This document shows, one piece after another, positions 26,729 through 35,234 of a stretch of DNA of 43,375 bases (its first letter is position 1; the number at the start of each line of letters is the position of its first letter). The notes under the pieces are model-generated. The model did not search any database. It saw only the letters and a program-made list of their open reading frames with translations, and was not told where the DNA came from. A program made the position numbers and the translations under genes. The stretch is from Chthonomonadaceae bacterium (GTDB lineage: Bacteria > Armatimonadota > Chthonomonadetes > Chthonomonadales > Chthonomonadaceae): contig DASRGZ010000079.1 of NCBI GenBank assembly GCA_035650735.1, forward strand, positions 1 to 43,375. Reading direction: 5' to 3'.

Positions 26729-29407
26729 TCATGCGGAATCGAGCAGGCAGAGGCTGCCGTCGCCAAGCGCGGCGAGGATTTCGGAAGCGCCATCGCTATC
26801 CGCATCGGCGACAATGAGCGCGTGAACTCTGGCAGGCAGGCGCGCTTTCCAGACGAGATACGGCTTGCTGTGCCGATCCGCGAGGGCGTAGACCTCGCCG
26901 TGACTGGTTCCAAAGACGAACTCCTGTATGCCATCTCCGTTGATGTCGCAGGCGCAGACATCGGTGGCCGAACTCTGGAGCGGAAATTCCCAGCGCGTCT
27001 TGCCGGTTCGGGCGTCCAGGCAGGCGAACAGGCCGTCTTCGCGCCCGAACCCCATCAGCCATGTGCCGTCCGGCAACGGAAGAAAGCCTTCGGCCCCCGC
27101 GTGCGCGGTTCCAATCGGAGGAAGCTGATACCAGTACGGCGCGGCATGGAGCGACATTGCCGCGCGAAAATAGAATCCGGCTACCAGACAGACGGTCGGC
27201 TCGCTGCTGCCATTAGGCAGGATCGCGGGCAGCGTGTAGAGGCCCTGGCTTGGCTGATGGAAGATTTGTGGGGGAAAGATAGGGCCGAGCAGTGGGTCGC
27301 CGGTCGGCCCGGAAGCCACGCAATAGTAGTCCGGGCAGGTGAAGACCAGATCGTCCTTGCCGTCACCGTCGAAGTCCCAGACGGCGGCCTGATTGACGGT
27401 CGGTGCGAAGTAGCGCTCGAGGTTGGGAATCTCGCCTTTCTCCCACAGAATCGCGCCGGCGCTGCCGTCGAGCATCAGGCTGCGCACCAGCGGCATTCCC
27501 ACATACACATAGATGTCGTAGGTCTTCTTGCCGGTAAAGCGCCCGGTCTGAAAATAGAGGGCGCGTCCGTAAGGCATTCCTTGCCGGTCGGGGCGCTTGA
27601 GCGTCACCTTCCAGAGCCGTTTTCCGCCCGTCCCCGGCTTGATCGCCTCGATGACCGGGTCGGTCGTGGGCGTGGCGGCTCCTAGAATCAGTTCGGGCCT
27701 GCCGTCGCCGTCCAGATCGGCCAGCGCCGGAGCGCCATCCGAGGGATAGGACTCCAGCTTGACAAATGTAGGGCCCGGCTGATAGCGATAGATCGTCGCC
27801 GTTTTCTCGTAGTAGTGGATGACCTCGTTTTTCCCGTCGCCGTCCACATCGGCGACGAGCGGAGCGTTCAGCGGCAGCCCGACATGGGCCGGGAGATGCG
27901 GGAACGTCGGGGCGGGCGGCGGCGCGGCAGGCGACCCGTCCGCAAGGCGAATCTGCTTGCTTACGTCCCACTTCAGGCGCTTCGTGCTGCCGCCGGTCTG
28001 AACATAGACCGCCTCGCGCAGCTGCTCTGCCGCCTTGCCCTCGCGGACGGGAAGGTCGACGGCGCGCGCGCCCTTCTCCTGCCATAGCTCGATCGGCGCG
28101 TTGTTGGCGACTTTGAGCAGGCTGGCTCCGGTGATCTCCGTGCGCGTCGGGTCCTGGGAGATATTCGCCAGTATCTCCGCCGCGCCGTCGCCATCCATAT
28201 CGGTCAACTGCACGGCGATACGATCTGGCACGCGCGCCTTGATCGCTCCGGTCATCGCGTCGTAGATGCGAATCATCCAGCGGCCCTCCGACTCGGAGTT
28301 GAACATATTGACCAGCATCTCCAGCTTGCCATCGCCGTCTACATCGGCAATAGGCGGATCGGGCCAGGTCGTCGCGAGTTTGCTGGTCGTGACCGAGTTA
28401 TCCCAACCATGCGTCCAGGCCAGCTTGAACTGCCCCTTCTCATTAACCAGAACTTCATGGTGGTGGGAAAAATCGCCGATGCAGAAGAACTCCGGCAGGC
28501 CGTCGCCGTTCAAGTCCTGAAAGCGCACCAGGCCGTAGCTGCGGACGTTGGCGGGCGCAGGGTTCCATTCGACATACTGATGTACCTTTCCGCTGCGCGC
28601 ATCGAATACCCACATATGGCTGTGCGTCTCAACGCAGATTTCGTTCACGCCGTCGCCGTCCACGTCCGCCTTCAGAATGCTGGGGAAGCAGGTGTACTTA
28701 TCGAAATCGTACCGCCAGAGCGGGCGAGGCACTGCGCCGGGCTTCTCGAAATGGAACAGAACGAGGTAGCCGTTCTGCTTGTCGGGCGGATAGCCGTGCT
28801 CGCACATCAGAAGCTGTTTTCCGATGCCGTCGGGCAGATAGTGATCGGCCTTGAGCGTCCACCAATAGGACATCGGCTCGACATCGTAGCGAAAGCGCAG
28901 TTCGCCGGTATCCGCTGCGACAAGCGCAACGGCTCCCAAAGGATCGGTAGGCCTGCCCGCCATCAGCGCCAGCTCAATCCGCCCGTCGCCGTCCAGGTCT
29001 TCCGCCGCGATAAGGCTGCTAAAGTTGAGGCCGGGCGGATGTGTCTCCCAGAGCAGCTTGCCTTCCGGCTGATAACAGCGCAACGCCCCATTTTCAAGCG
29101 CGACGACTCGATCTATCGGCCCGCCAGGCTTCGACACAAGGGGGTATAGCGCGCCCTGCCCTGTCGGAAAGGCGATTTTCGACATGATTTTGGGCGCAAC
29201 CCTGATGTTGCCCGGAAGCGGTTGAACGCTGGTCAGGCAGCGGTTCTGGCGCGGGGTCGGCCAAGCGCCGGGCGTCTCTACAGGGGGCATCTTGCGGGCC
29301 GCCTTTTGCGGCAGCCCGGCCGGGGTTATCAGAGCCGCACTCATCGTCACCGTCTTTGCGCAGAACTCTCGCCGCGTCAGGCGGCGCTTCGGTTCCGGTG
29401 CTTGCAT
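26729..29407 (-). CDS. Tat-exported FG-GAP-repeat beta-propeller protein (paralog 3)
   Basis: LTRREFC Tat motif, numerous DxDGDG repeats, motifs shared with paralogs 1 and 2. Confidence 0.8.
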   Translation of the reverse strand: MQAPEPKRRLTRREFCAKTVTMSAALITPAGLPQKAARKMPPVETPGAWPTPRQNRCLTSVQPLPGNIRVAPKIMSKIAFPTGQGALYPLVSKPGGPIDRVVALENGALRCYQPEGKLLWETHPPGLNFSSLIAAEDLDGDGRIELALMAGRPTDPLGAVALVAADTGELRFRYDVEPMSYWWTLKADHYLPDGIGKQLLMCEHGYPPDKQNGYLVLFHFEKPGAVPRPLWRYDFDKYTCFPSILKADVDGDGVNEICVETHSHMWVFDARSGKVHQYVEWNPAPANVRSYGLVRFQDLNGDGLPEFFCIGDFSHHHEVLVNEKGQFKLAWTHGWDNSVTTSKLATTWPDPPIADVDGDGKLEMLVNMFNSESEGRWMIRIYDAMTGAIKARVPDRIAVQLTDMDGDGAAEILANISQDPTRTEITGASLLKVANNAPIELWQEKGARAVDLPVREGKAAEQLREAVYVQTGGSTKRLKWDVSKQIRLADGSPAAPPPAPTFPHLPAHVGLPLNAPLVADVDGDGKNEVIHYYEKTATIYRYQPGPTFVKLESYPSDGAPALADLDGDGRPELILGAATPTTDPVIEAIKPGTGGKRLWKVTLKRPDRQGMPYGRALYFQTGRFTGKKTYDIYVYVGMPLVRSLMLDGSAGAILWEKGEIPNLERYFAPTVNQAAVWDFDGDGKDDLVFTCPDYYCVASGPTGDPLLGPIFPPQIFHQPSQGLYTLPAILPNGSSEPTVCLVAGFYFRAAMSLHAAPYWYQLPPIGTAHAGAEGFLPLPDGTWLMGFGREDGLFACLDARTGKTRWEFPLQSSATDVCACDINGDGIQEFVFGTSHGEVYALADRHSKPYLVWKARLPARVHALIVADADSDGASEILAALGDGSLCLLDSA

Positions 29408-29599
29408 ACCGAGTTCAGACCTTCTTTTATAGATTGGGGCCTCTGGCCCATGTCAGCCGTCGTGATATAGGCGCGCGAAGGCCGCGCGGCCTTCGGCAAA
29501 GAGTGCCGGCATCCGGACGCACTGAAAATCGCTACTGAAACGCGTGATAGAAACGATCCAGCAGCGTCATCTGATGGCGGCTTTTCCTCAAAAACGGCG

Positions 29600-30844
29600 T
29601 CAGACGCGATTACGGTCGGCGACGGTGCGGACGATCTGCGCGGCCAGTTCGCAGTGGTGCGGCTGATATTTCTCACAGAATGTGGACCACCGGATGAAGT
29701 TTTGCAGGAAGGCGTGCGCGGTCGGACAGGTCGTCTCGTCGTAGATGTATTCACGAGAAGCCGGCGGCATGGAATAGGGATAGACCTTGTTGCGGGCGTT
29801 GCGATTCAAGAACGTCAGCGCCTCCGGCATCAGGTAGTAGTTGCCGATGCCGGCTCCCGGAATGCCCGCTTCGGCAAGCTGCTGCGCGAACGTCTCGGCG
29901 TCGCACCGGAACGCCTGTGGGTCTATGCTCAGGCCGACCATCCAGCAGGAGTAGACGGTCACATAGTCCGGAATCGGCAGGGGCGTGATGCCGGGTATCT
30001 CGGCCAGCAGTTTGCTCAGCAGCCGCGCCATCTTATCGCGCTGCGCCACGTTCTCGTGGATGATCTCCAGTTGCGCCAGCGTGACGGCAGCCGTGCAGAG
30101 AGGCATTCGGAAGGCGTAGCCAGCCTCGGTATGCGTGCGTCCGAAGTGCGGTTTCATGACCGCCGCGCGGCTCTGCCCGATGAAACGCATCCGCTCTGCA
30201 AGTTTATCATCGTTGGTGACGACGCAGCCTCCGGTATCCGATCCCATCGTCTTTTCGGCATCGAAGGAGAAGGCGGCGGCATCGGCCAGCGTTCCCGCGA
30301 TCCGCCCTTTGTAACGTCCGAAGACGGCCTGGCAGCAGTCCTCGATCACTATCAGGCCGTGCCTTTTCGCCAGCGCATTGATCGGATCCATATCGCAGAT
30401 CAATCCGGTCTTATGGACGACCAGGATGGCGCGGGTACGGTCGGTGATGCAGGGAGCGATGGTGTCGGCATTGAGATTGACCGTCCCCGGCTCCGTATCG
30501 GCAAAGACGGGAATGTAGTTCTCTTTGATCAGGCCCTGGAGCGTGCCATAGTCGGTGATCGGGCTGACGATGATCTCGTCGCCGGGTTCAAAGGGCAGCG
30601 CCGCCGCCAGCATCGCCAGCGAGGGGGTGCATCCCGGCGCGGCGATGCAGTGCCGAACGCCGACCTCGCGCGCAAACGCCTGTTCAAAGCGCCCGACCAT
30701 GTCTCCTGTCAGTCCGCCTTCCGCGACCTCTAGCAGATACTTCGCACAGTTCGGCCCCATAATGCGGGGAAACGGGGTGGGAAGTTCTCCTTTCAGGCCT
30801 TCATAGGCGGCTGCACCATATTTGGCTCGCTCCAATGTGGACAT
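29600..30844 (-). CDS. DegT/DnrJ/EryC1/StrS-family aminotransferase
   Basis: ATG at 30844 with AAGGAG RBS. PGDEIIV, PVFAD, IEDCCQA and SFDAEKTM (PLP lysine) motifs. Confidence 0.9.
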   Translation of the reverse strand: MSTLERAKYGAAAYEGLKGELPTPFPRIMGPNCAKYLLEVAEGGLTGDMVGRFEQAFAREVGVRHCIAAPGCTPSLAMLAAALPFEPGDEIIVSPITDYGTLQGLIKENYIPVFADTEPGTVNLNADTIAPCITDRTRAILVVHKTGLICDMDPINALAKRHGLIVIEDCCQAVFGRYKGRIAGTLADAAAFSFDAEKTMGSDTGGCVVTNDDKLAERMRFIGQSRAAVMKPHFGRTHTEAGYAFRMPLCTAAVTLAQLEIIHENVAQRDKMARLLSKLLAEIPGITPLPIPDYVTVYSCWMVGLSIDPQAFRCDAETFAQQLAEAGIPGAGIGNYYLMPEALTFLNRNARNKVYPYSMPPASREYIYDETTCPTAHAFLQNFIRWSTFCEKYQPHHCELAAQIVRTVADRNRV

Positions 30845-30976
30845 GCTCTCTAGCTCCTTCACAACACATAGTCAGGCTACATGTGTGCATACAGAATGGC
30901 CGTACAAGCGGCCCGTGTCACTGCTTTCGACAAACGCCGTCTCGTTCCTACCGGGCAATTCATGCCGTTACGGAAG

Positions 30977-31255
30977 CTACTGGCCCGAAGGCGCGGCAGA
31001 TGGCGGTGCGGTCGAAGTTCCGCCGGGCGCAGGCGCCGTGCCAGGAGGCCCGCCTCCGCCGGGAATCAGGGGCGTTGCTGAGTTAGGAGAGGGCAGAGGA
31101 GCGCCCGGTTTCACCGCAGGGGGCAGCGGCCCGCCGCTCGAAGGCGCAGCAAAGAAGAGTTTCCAGCCAATTCCTGCCAGTATCAAGACGACTACACCGA
31201 TGAGGACGATTGCGGCTTTAGGACTAATCTGTTGCTTCATTGGGGTTGCTTCCAT
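30977..31255 (-). CDS. Small membrane-anchored Pro/Gly-rich protein
   Basis: MKQQISPK followed by one TM helix and a low-complexity tail. Directly downstream of the prepilin gene. Confidence 0.65.
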   Translation of the reverse strand: MEATPMKQQISPKAAIVLIGVVVLILAGIGWKLFFAAPSSGGPLPPAVKPGAPLPSPNSATPLIPGGGGPPGTAPAPGGTSTAPPSAAPSGQ

Positions 31256-31428
31256 CGGAATCTTGAGTCAGGTTCGTGGCAAGGTAGGGTCGCCTTGCCG
31301 CCCAGAGAAAGGGAGAGTTGTCCCCGGTACGGCCCGTAGCGAAGCAAAACGTCCGCTGCCGGTACGGTTCAGCCTCTCCTTTCTCTTTGCAGGCGTTCCT
31401 CACCAGAGTGGCGAGGGTAAGGTGGTTC

Positions 31429-32226
31429 TTACTTATCGCATTGGGTCGGGTCGGTTGCGTTGCGAATCTGGCACCACAGATTCTTCGGGCGAATCGTGGC
31501 CTCCGGACTCATGGGCTTAACATGCCCATCTACGAAGGCAATGTTCACCTTCTTGAGATGGAGCGGCAAAGGCGCTGACCATCTGTTGCTCGTCGGTTCG
31601 TAGACATAGGGATAGGAGTATTGCGCTCCGCTGGTATTGGCGGGAGAACAAGCGTAGTTGTAGATGCCCTCGAACGTTAGCGCGTTGCAGTCATCCGTAC
31701 CGGGCCAAGCGCCGGAGTCCATGATCATCACCGTATCCGCCGGTTCGCTGAACGCTGCCAGAGACGGGCCTACTGGGAAGCCGAAGGCGCTGCCGGGAAT
31801 GGGGGGATAGCCGCCCCACATCGTCGGATAAGCGTAGCCGTAGCTGAAGTACAGCGCAGGGTCGCCGTAGGAGGTGTTCTTGCGACTTGGACAGGCATAG
31901 ACGTCGGTGTTCTTGACGTAGGGGCAGGTTTCGCACTGCGCTTTGGCCTGCTCTGCCGTCCAGCCCGGTGGATAGAGATAGGGGCTATGCGCCATAATCG
32001 CGCCGGGACTCCACTGCCACATGCCGGGGTAGTTCTCATCGTAATCCTGCGCATACATCACGGCGGCCAGACCCATCTGCTTCAAGTTCGAGACACAACT
32101 AATGGCTCGCGCTCTTTCCCGCGCCTGGGCAAACACTGGGAAAAGAATTGCGGCGAGAATGGCGATGATGGCGATAACGACGAGCAATTCGATTAGGGTA
32201 AAACCCTTTGCTATGTTCCGTTTCAC
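31429..32226 (-). CDS. Prepilin-type N-terminal cleavage/methylation protein (DUF1559 / H-X9-DG type)
   Basis: GTG at 32226 with [58 protein letters not shown] and [13 protein letters not shown] motifs. Confidence 0.9.
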   Translation of the reverse strand: MKRNIAKGFTLIELLVVIAIIAILAAILFPVFAQARERARAISCVSNLKQMGLAAVMYAQDYDENYPGMWQWSPGAIMAHSPYLYPPGWTAEQAKAQCETCPYVKNTDVYACPSRKNTSYGDPALYFSYGYAYPTMWGGYPPIPGSAFGFPVGPSLAAFSEPADTVMIMDSGAWPGTDDCNALTFEGIYNYACSPANTSGAQYSYPYVYEPTSNRWSAPLPLHLKKVNIAFVDGHVKPMSPEATIRPKNLWCQIRNATDPTQCDK

Positions 32227-32391
32227 GTTTTTCTCCTTTTCTGCCGAGCCTTCCTGGATAGGAAGCGTAAAACGCGGATGAACGTTCGGGCGAATTATCA
32301 ACGATAGGGAATAATCACCCCCTCTGTTTAGCCTCTCGTTGAAGGAGCGCATGGGATGCGCGCAATGAAATCATCGGCTTCTCTACAGAAA

Positions 32392-32419
32392 GTAACCGCT
32401 AACGCTAACCGCTTGCCTA
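32392..32419. promoter_or_regulatory. LacI operator 3 with an adjacent weaker copy
   Basis: GCTAACCGCTTGCCTA at 32404-32419, preceded by GTAACCGCTAAC. Upstream of the prepilin operon. Confidence 0.7.
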
Positions 32420-32518
32420 AGCAACGAAGAAATGTATGCTTTAGTCTGCCTCCTGATTGAGCGTCATCAAGATGCGTCTAACGGAATGCGAGGCTTGGTT
32501 TGCTGGATAGCTACGAGT

Positions 32519-32692
32519 CTAAGGCGCTACGGCAACGTAGGACTCACGCCCAGTAAGCCGGATAGTTAAAAGAGCGCCATCGAGCGTATCTGCTCCGCGC
32601 TCGATGGCGCGTACCAGATGCTCCATTGCGGTTGCCCCAGCCTCTTCACTGGGAGTACATACAGAGGTCAGCGCGGGATCGGCACAATAGGC
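32519..32692 (-). pseudogene. C-terminal remnant of a second LacI-family gene
   Basis: AYCADPALTSVCTPSEEAGATAMEHLVRAIE aligns with AVCADPPLTSVRTPIAEAGEMAIERLVRSIE of the 8619-9620 LacI. Confidence 0.8.
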
Positions 32693-32703
32693 AGTTTCAA
32701 TCC

Positions 32704-32730
32704 GCACCCGGCCTTCGGGCCGGGTGCTAC
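32704..32730 (-). repeat. GTAG-type REP-like hairpin
   Basis: Minus strand GTAGCACCCGGCC-CGAA-GGCCGGGTGC, perfect 10-bp stem (C-TTCG-G loop on the plus strand). Confidence 0.45.
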
Positions 32731-32769
32731 GCAGGAACGGACAAACAAACCCTATGTCAGTTAGTGAAA

Positions 32770-32798
32770 ACCTTAACACAGTTTTTCGCGCCTGTCAA
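32770..32798 (-). promoter_or_regulatory. Sigma70-type promoter upstream of the LacI remnant
   Basis: TTGACA (32793-32798), 17 nt, TG-T-TAAGGT (-10 at 32770-32775). Confidence 0.6.
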
Positions 32799-33039
32799 GT
32801 CCTTTCTGCGAACTCTTTTGCAATTACTTTAGCCTTTTCGGACTATCGAAGTTTCTCCGCGCGCTGTGCAAGCGACAACGCTTTGGCCGTGTATCCGCCT
32901 GCCATCAGAGCCTTCGCTGCCGCGATCAACGCGGCGGGAGCGTCCGGCAAACAGCGGAGCGCCTCCACGAATCATCCTTGCTCATTGAGCCGACGCCCGA
33001 TATGCCGGAGGAACCGCCCGGCGTCAATCGAGAGAGCAT

Positions 33040-33951
33040 CTAGTGTTCTGGGGTGCGCTCGGCATTCATTTCAACGAAGGTGTTGGCGAGGCGAGCAAAC
33101 TCTTCCAGGGAAAGCGTTTCGCCGCGACGATTGCCATCCATTCCGGCGCGGGCCAGCAGCTTCTCGACCTCAGCACGGTCGTCCATGGTGAAGCCCAGGC
33201 CAAAGGAAGCGGGGGCGCGCAGCAGGGCGTTGAGCAGGGTTTTGCGGCGCTGGCCGAAGGCGGCACGGATGATATGGAAGAAGTGCGACTCGTCGCGAAC
33301 AGGCACCGTGCCGGGAACGACGGGCGTGAGGGCGATGATGGCGGAATTGACCTCCGGCGCCGGCAGAAAGACTGTGCGCGGCACGACGCCGACCATCTCC
33401 ACCTGGGCATGGTACTGCACGAACAGAGTCATCGCGCCATAGTCCGAGGTGCCCGGCGCGGCGATCATGCGGCGGGCAAATTCCTGCTGCACCAGCAGCA
33501 CGATACGCTTGAGGCGCGCTTTGTGCGCCAGCAGCCGCTCCAGGATCGGTGTCGTGATGTAGTAGGGAATATTGGCGACGACCACGCCAGGCCGATCACC
33601 GAAGGCCTGATCGAACAGCGCCGGTATCTCCAGGCGCAGAAAGTCCGCGAAAATAAGCTGGACGTTGGGATGGCCGGAGGTAACTTCGCGGAGGATCTGT
33701 TCCAGAGAGCGATCAATTTCTATGGCGGTAACGGAGGGGGCGGTGGCGGCCAGGGCGAGCGTCAACGCGCCCAGCCCTGCGCCGATTTCGAGCGCCGGAT
33801 CGTCGGGCGTGAGGTTAGCCGCCCGCACGATCCGGTCGAGAGTGTTCCTGTCACACAGGAAGTTCTGTCCCAGGCGCTTCTGGGGCCGCACCCCATACGC
33901 CTGAAGCAATTCGCTGGCCTGCCTCGGTGATGTCAGATCGCGTGCTGCCAC
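33040..33951 (-). CDS. rsmA: 16S rRNA (adenine-1518/1519-N6)-dimethyltransferase
   Basis: KRLGQNFL, LEIGAGLG, VANIPYYITTP, FLPAPEVNS, AFGQRRKTL and RGETLSLEEF motifs. Confidence 0.95.
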   Translation of the reverse strand: MAARDLTSPRQASELLQAYGVRPQKRLGQNFLCDRNTLDRIVRAANLTPDDPALEIGAGLGALTLALAATAPSVTAIEIDRSLEQILREVTSGHPNVQLIFADFLRLEIPALFDQAFGDRPGVVVANIPYYITTPILERLLAHKARLKRIVLLVQQEFARRMIAAPGTSDYGAMTLFVQYHAQVEMVGVVPRTVFLPAPEVNSAIIALTPVVPGTVPVRDESHFFHIIRAAFGQRRKTLLNALLRAPASFGLGFTMDDRAEVEKLLARAGMDGNRRGETLSLEEFARLANTFVEMNAERTPEH

Positions 33952-33970
33952 GGGTCGCTCTTCCCTGATA

Positions 33971-34070
33971 GCCCTCCCTCTCCCGCAGCGTGGAGGAGGG
34001 GAGAGGCAAGCGTTGGCTTCTCGGTGCCCCCTCTCCTAAAGTTGGGAGAGGGGGGGCAGGGGTGAGGGCC
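33971..34070. repeat. GC-rich palindromic intergenic repeat
   Basis: Shares AAGCGTTGGCTTCT...CCCC.TCTCC...GGGAGAGGG...GGGG.TGAGGGC with 19221-19278. Confidence 0.7.
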
Positions 34071-34104
34071 TTAACAAGCATAAGAGCCGCCGGCGGTAGG
34101 CAAA

Positions 34105-34812
34105 TCAGTCCAGAATGTGGACGCGCACCATGCTCCAGTTATGGATGTGCCGAACATCGTGCTTGGAGTCGATGCCCAGGTCAATGCGATTGCCCTTGAT
34201 CGCCCCTCCGGTGTCGGCGGCGACGGCGTAGCCGTAGCCTTCAATGTAGAGGCGCGTGCCCAGCGGGATAAAGCGCGGGTCCACGGCTACCACGCCGTAG
34301 CCGCCCATTAAGCCCGACGCCGTTCGGCCCGTTCCTGAGCCGCCGCAGTTAAATGGGTCGTAGAGGGTGGCGCGCATCAGCACCACACGCCGACCCGAGA
34401 AATAGCCGCGCGAGGCCAGCCAGGTACGCCGTCCGATCTCGACGACCTCCGGTTTCGGCTTCTTGAGTATCCGGGTCGAGACGACTTCACGCCGGGTTCC
34501 GGCGCCGTCGCCGTGGATATAGACTCTATACGTAACTTCTTTGATTCCGTTGACCCCGTTACGCAGGGTGCGACTGGTGCCGCTACGCAGTTGGGAAGTG
34601 GTCTTCCTCAGGGTGGGATACGGGATCGGCTCGCGTTGCACGACGATACGCGTTGTCGGGGCGCTAGGGCCGCTTGGGACGGCGGGCGTCGTGCCGCTGT
34701 TCCTGTCCGTCTGTCTGGGCGCTCCCCACACCAGCGGCGTCAGGGTCAGCAGACCCAGGCCCGCCAGCGCGGCTAAGAACGCCCGGAAACGGGCAGTGGC
34801 TACGAGGGTCAC
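34105..34812 (-). CDS. G5 + 3D domain cell-wall protein (YabE/Sps-like)
   Basis: GTG at 34812 with AGGAGG RBS. Signal/TM segment, G5 domain, VAVDPRFIPLGTRLYIEGYG..VAADTGGAIKGNRID 3D domain. Typical position upstream of rsmA. Confidence 0.9.
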   Translation of the reverse strand: MTLVATARFRAFLAALAGLGLLTLTPLVWGAPRQTDRNSGTTPAVPSGPSAPTTRIVVQREPIPYPTLRKTTSQLRSGTSRTLRNGVNGIKEVTYRVYIHGDGAGTRREVVSTRILKKPKPEVVEIGRRTWLASRGYFSGRRVVLMRATLYDPFNCGGSGTGRTASGLMGGYGVVAVDPRFIPLGTRLYIEGYGYAVAADTGGAIKGNRIDLGIDSKHDVRHIHNWSMVRVHILD

Positions 34813-34958
34813 TCGGCGTTCCTCCTTCCTTTTTCCTTCTGGGGACACCCGTTGGGATGCCTGTGTGTAAACCTCCTTGGCTGCTGGAAAGATCTCTCTG
34901 CGCGGCCAGCGAACAGAGGATGTGGGGCATTGCGTCGTCCAGGCGGCGAACGCGGGCG

Positions 34959-34987
34959 AGTCTAACACAATCCAAAACGCCTGTCAA
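34959..34987 (-). promoter_or_regulatory. Promoter for the G5-3D / rsmA operon
   Basis: TTGACA (34982-34987), 17 nt, TG-T-TAGACT (-10 at 34959-34964). Confidence 0.7.
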
Positions 34988-35106
34988 CCCCAATAGAGTA
35001 GACATTTGTTGGCTGTCCGTCTTCCTTGCTAGCACTTGCTGCCCCTGGTTGCCAACCGCAAACAGTAAAAATCGTGAAAAAAGTTTCGATTGCTTCCATA
35101 GAACCA

Positions 35107-35140
35107 TTGACAAATTTCTACTATTCTGGTAGAATAGTAG
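35107..35140 (+). promoter_or_regulatory. Promoter overlapped by a perfect palindromic operator
   Basis: TTGACA (35107-35112), 17 nt, TAGAAT (35130-35135). CTACTATTCT-GGT-AGAATAGTAG at 35118-35140. Confidence 0.75.
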
Positions 35141-35234
35141 CTAACGAGATCGAGTTTGAGGGGTTGCACGCGGCGGCGCTCGCCGTGTGCCTTTTCGGAC
35201 GCGGGCAGTTGGGTCCGTGTAAAGGGAGAGAATC

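Noticed and set aside
29475..29494. Perfect palindrome CGAAGGCCGCGCGGCCTTCG
   Set aside because: Single GC-rich hairpin without a U-tract or a second copy; no function can be supported.
19322..30844. Aminoglycoside or other secondary-metabolite biosynthetic cluster
   Set aside because: No scaffold synthase, glycosyltransferase or resistance gene. LacI control and exported proteins fit catabolism better, though biosynthesis is not formally excluded.
34813..34955. c-di-AMP (ydaO) riboswitch in the leader of the G5-3D gene
   Set aside because: The context is plausible, but I could not find the conserved consensus segments by eye. An Rfam scan would settle it.
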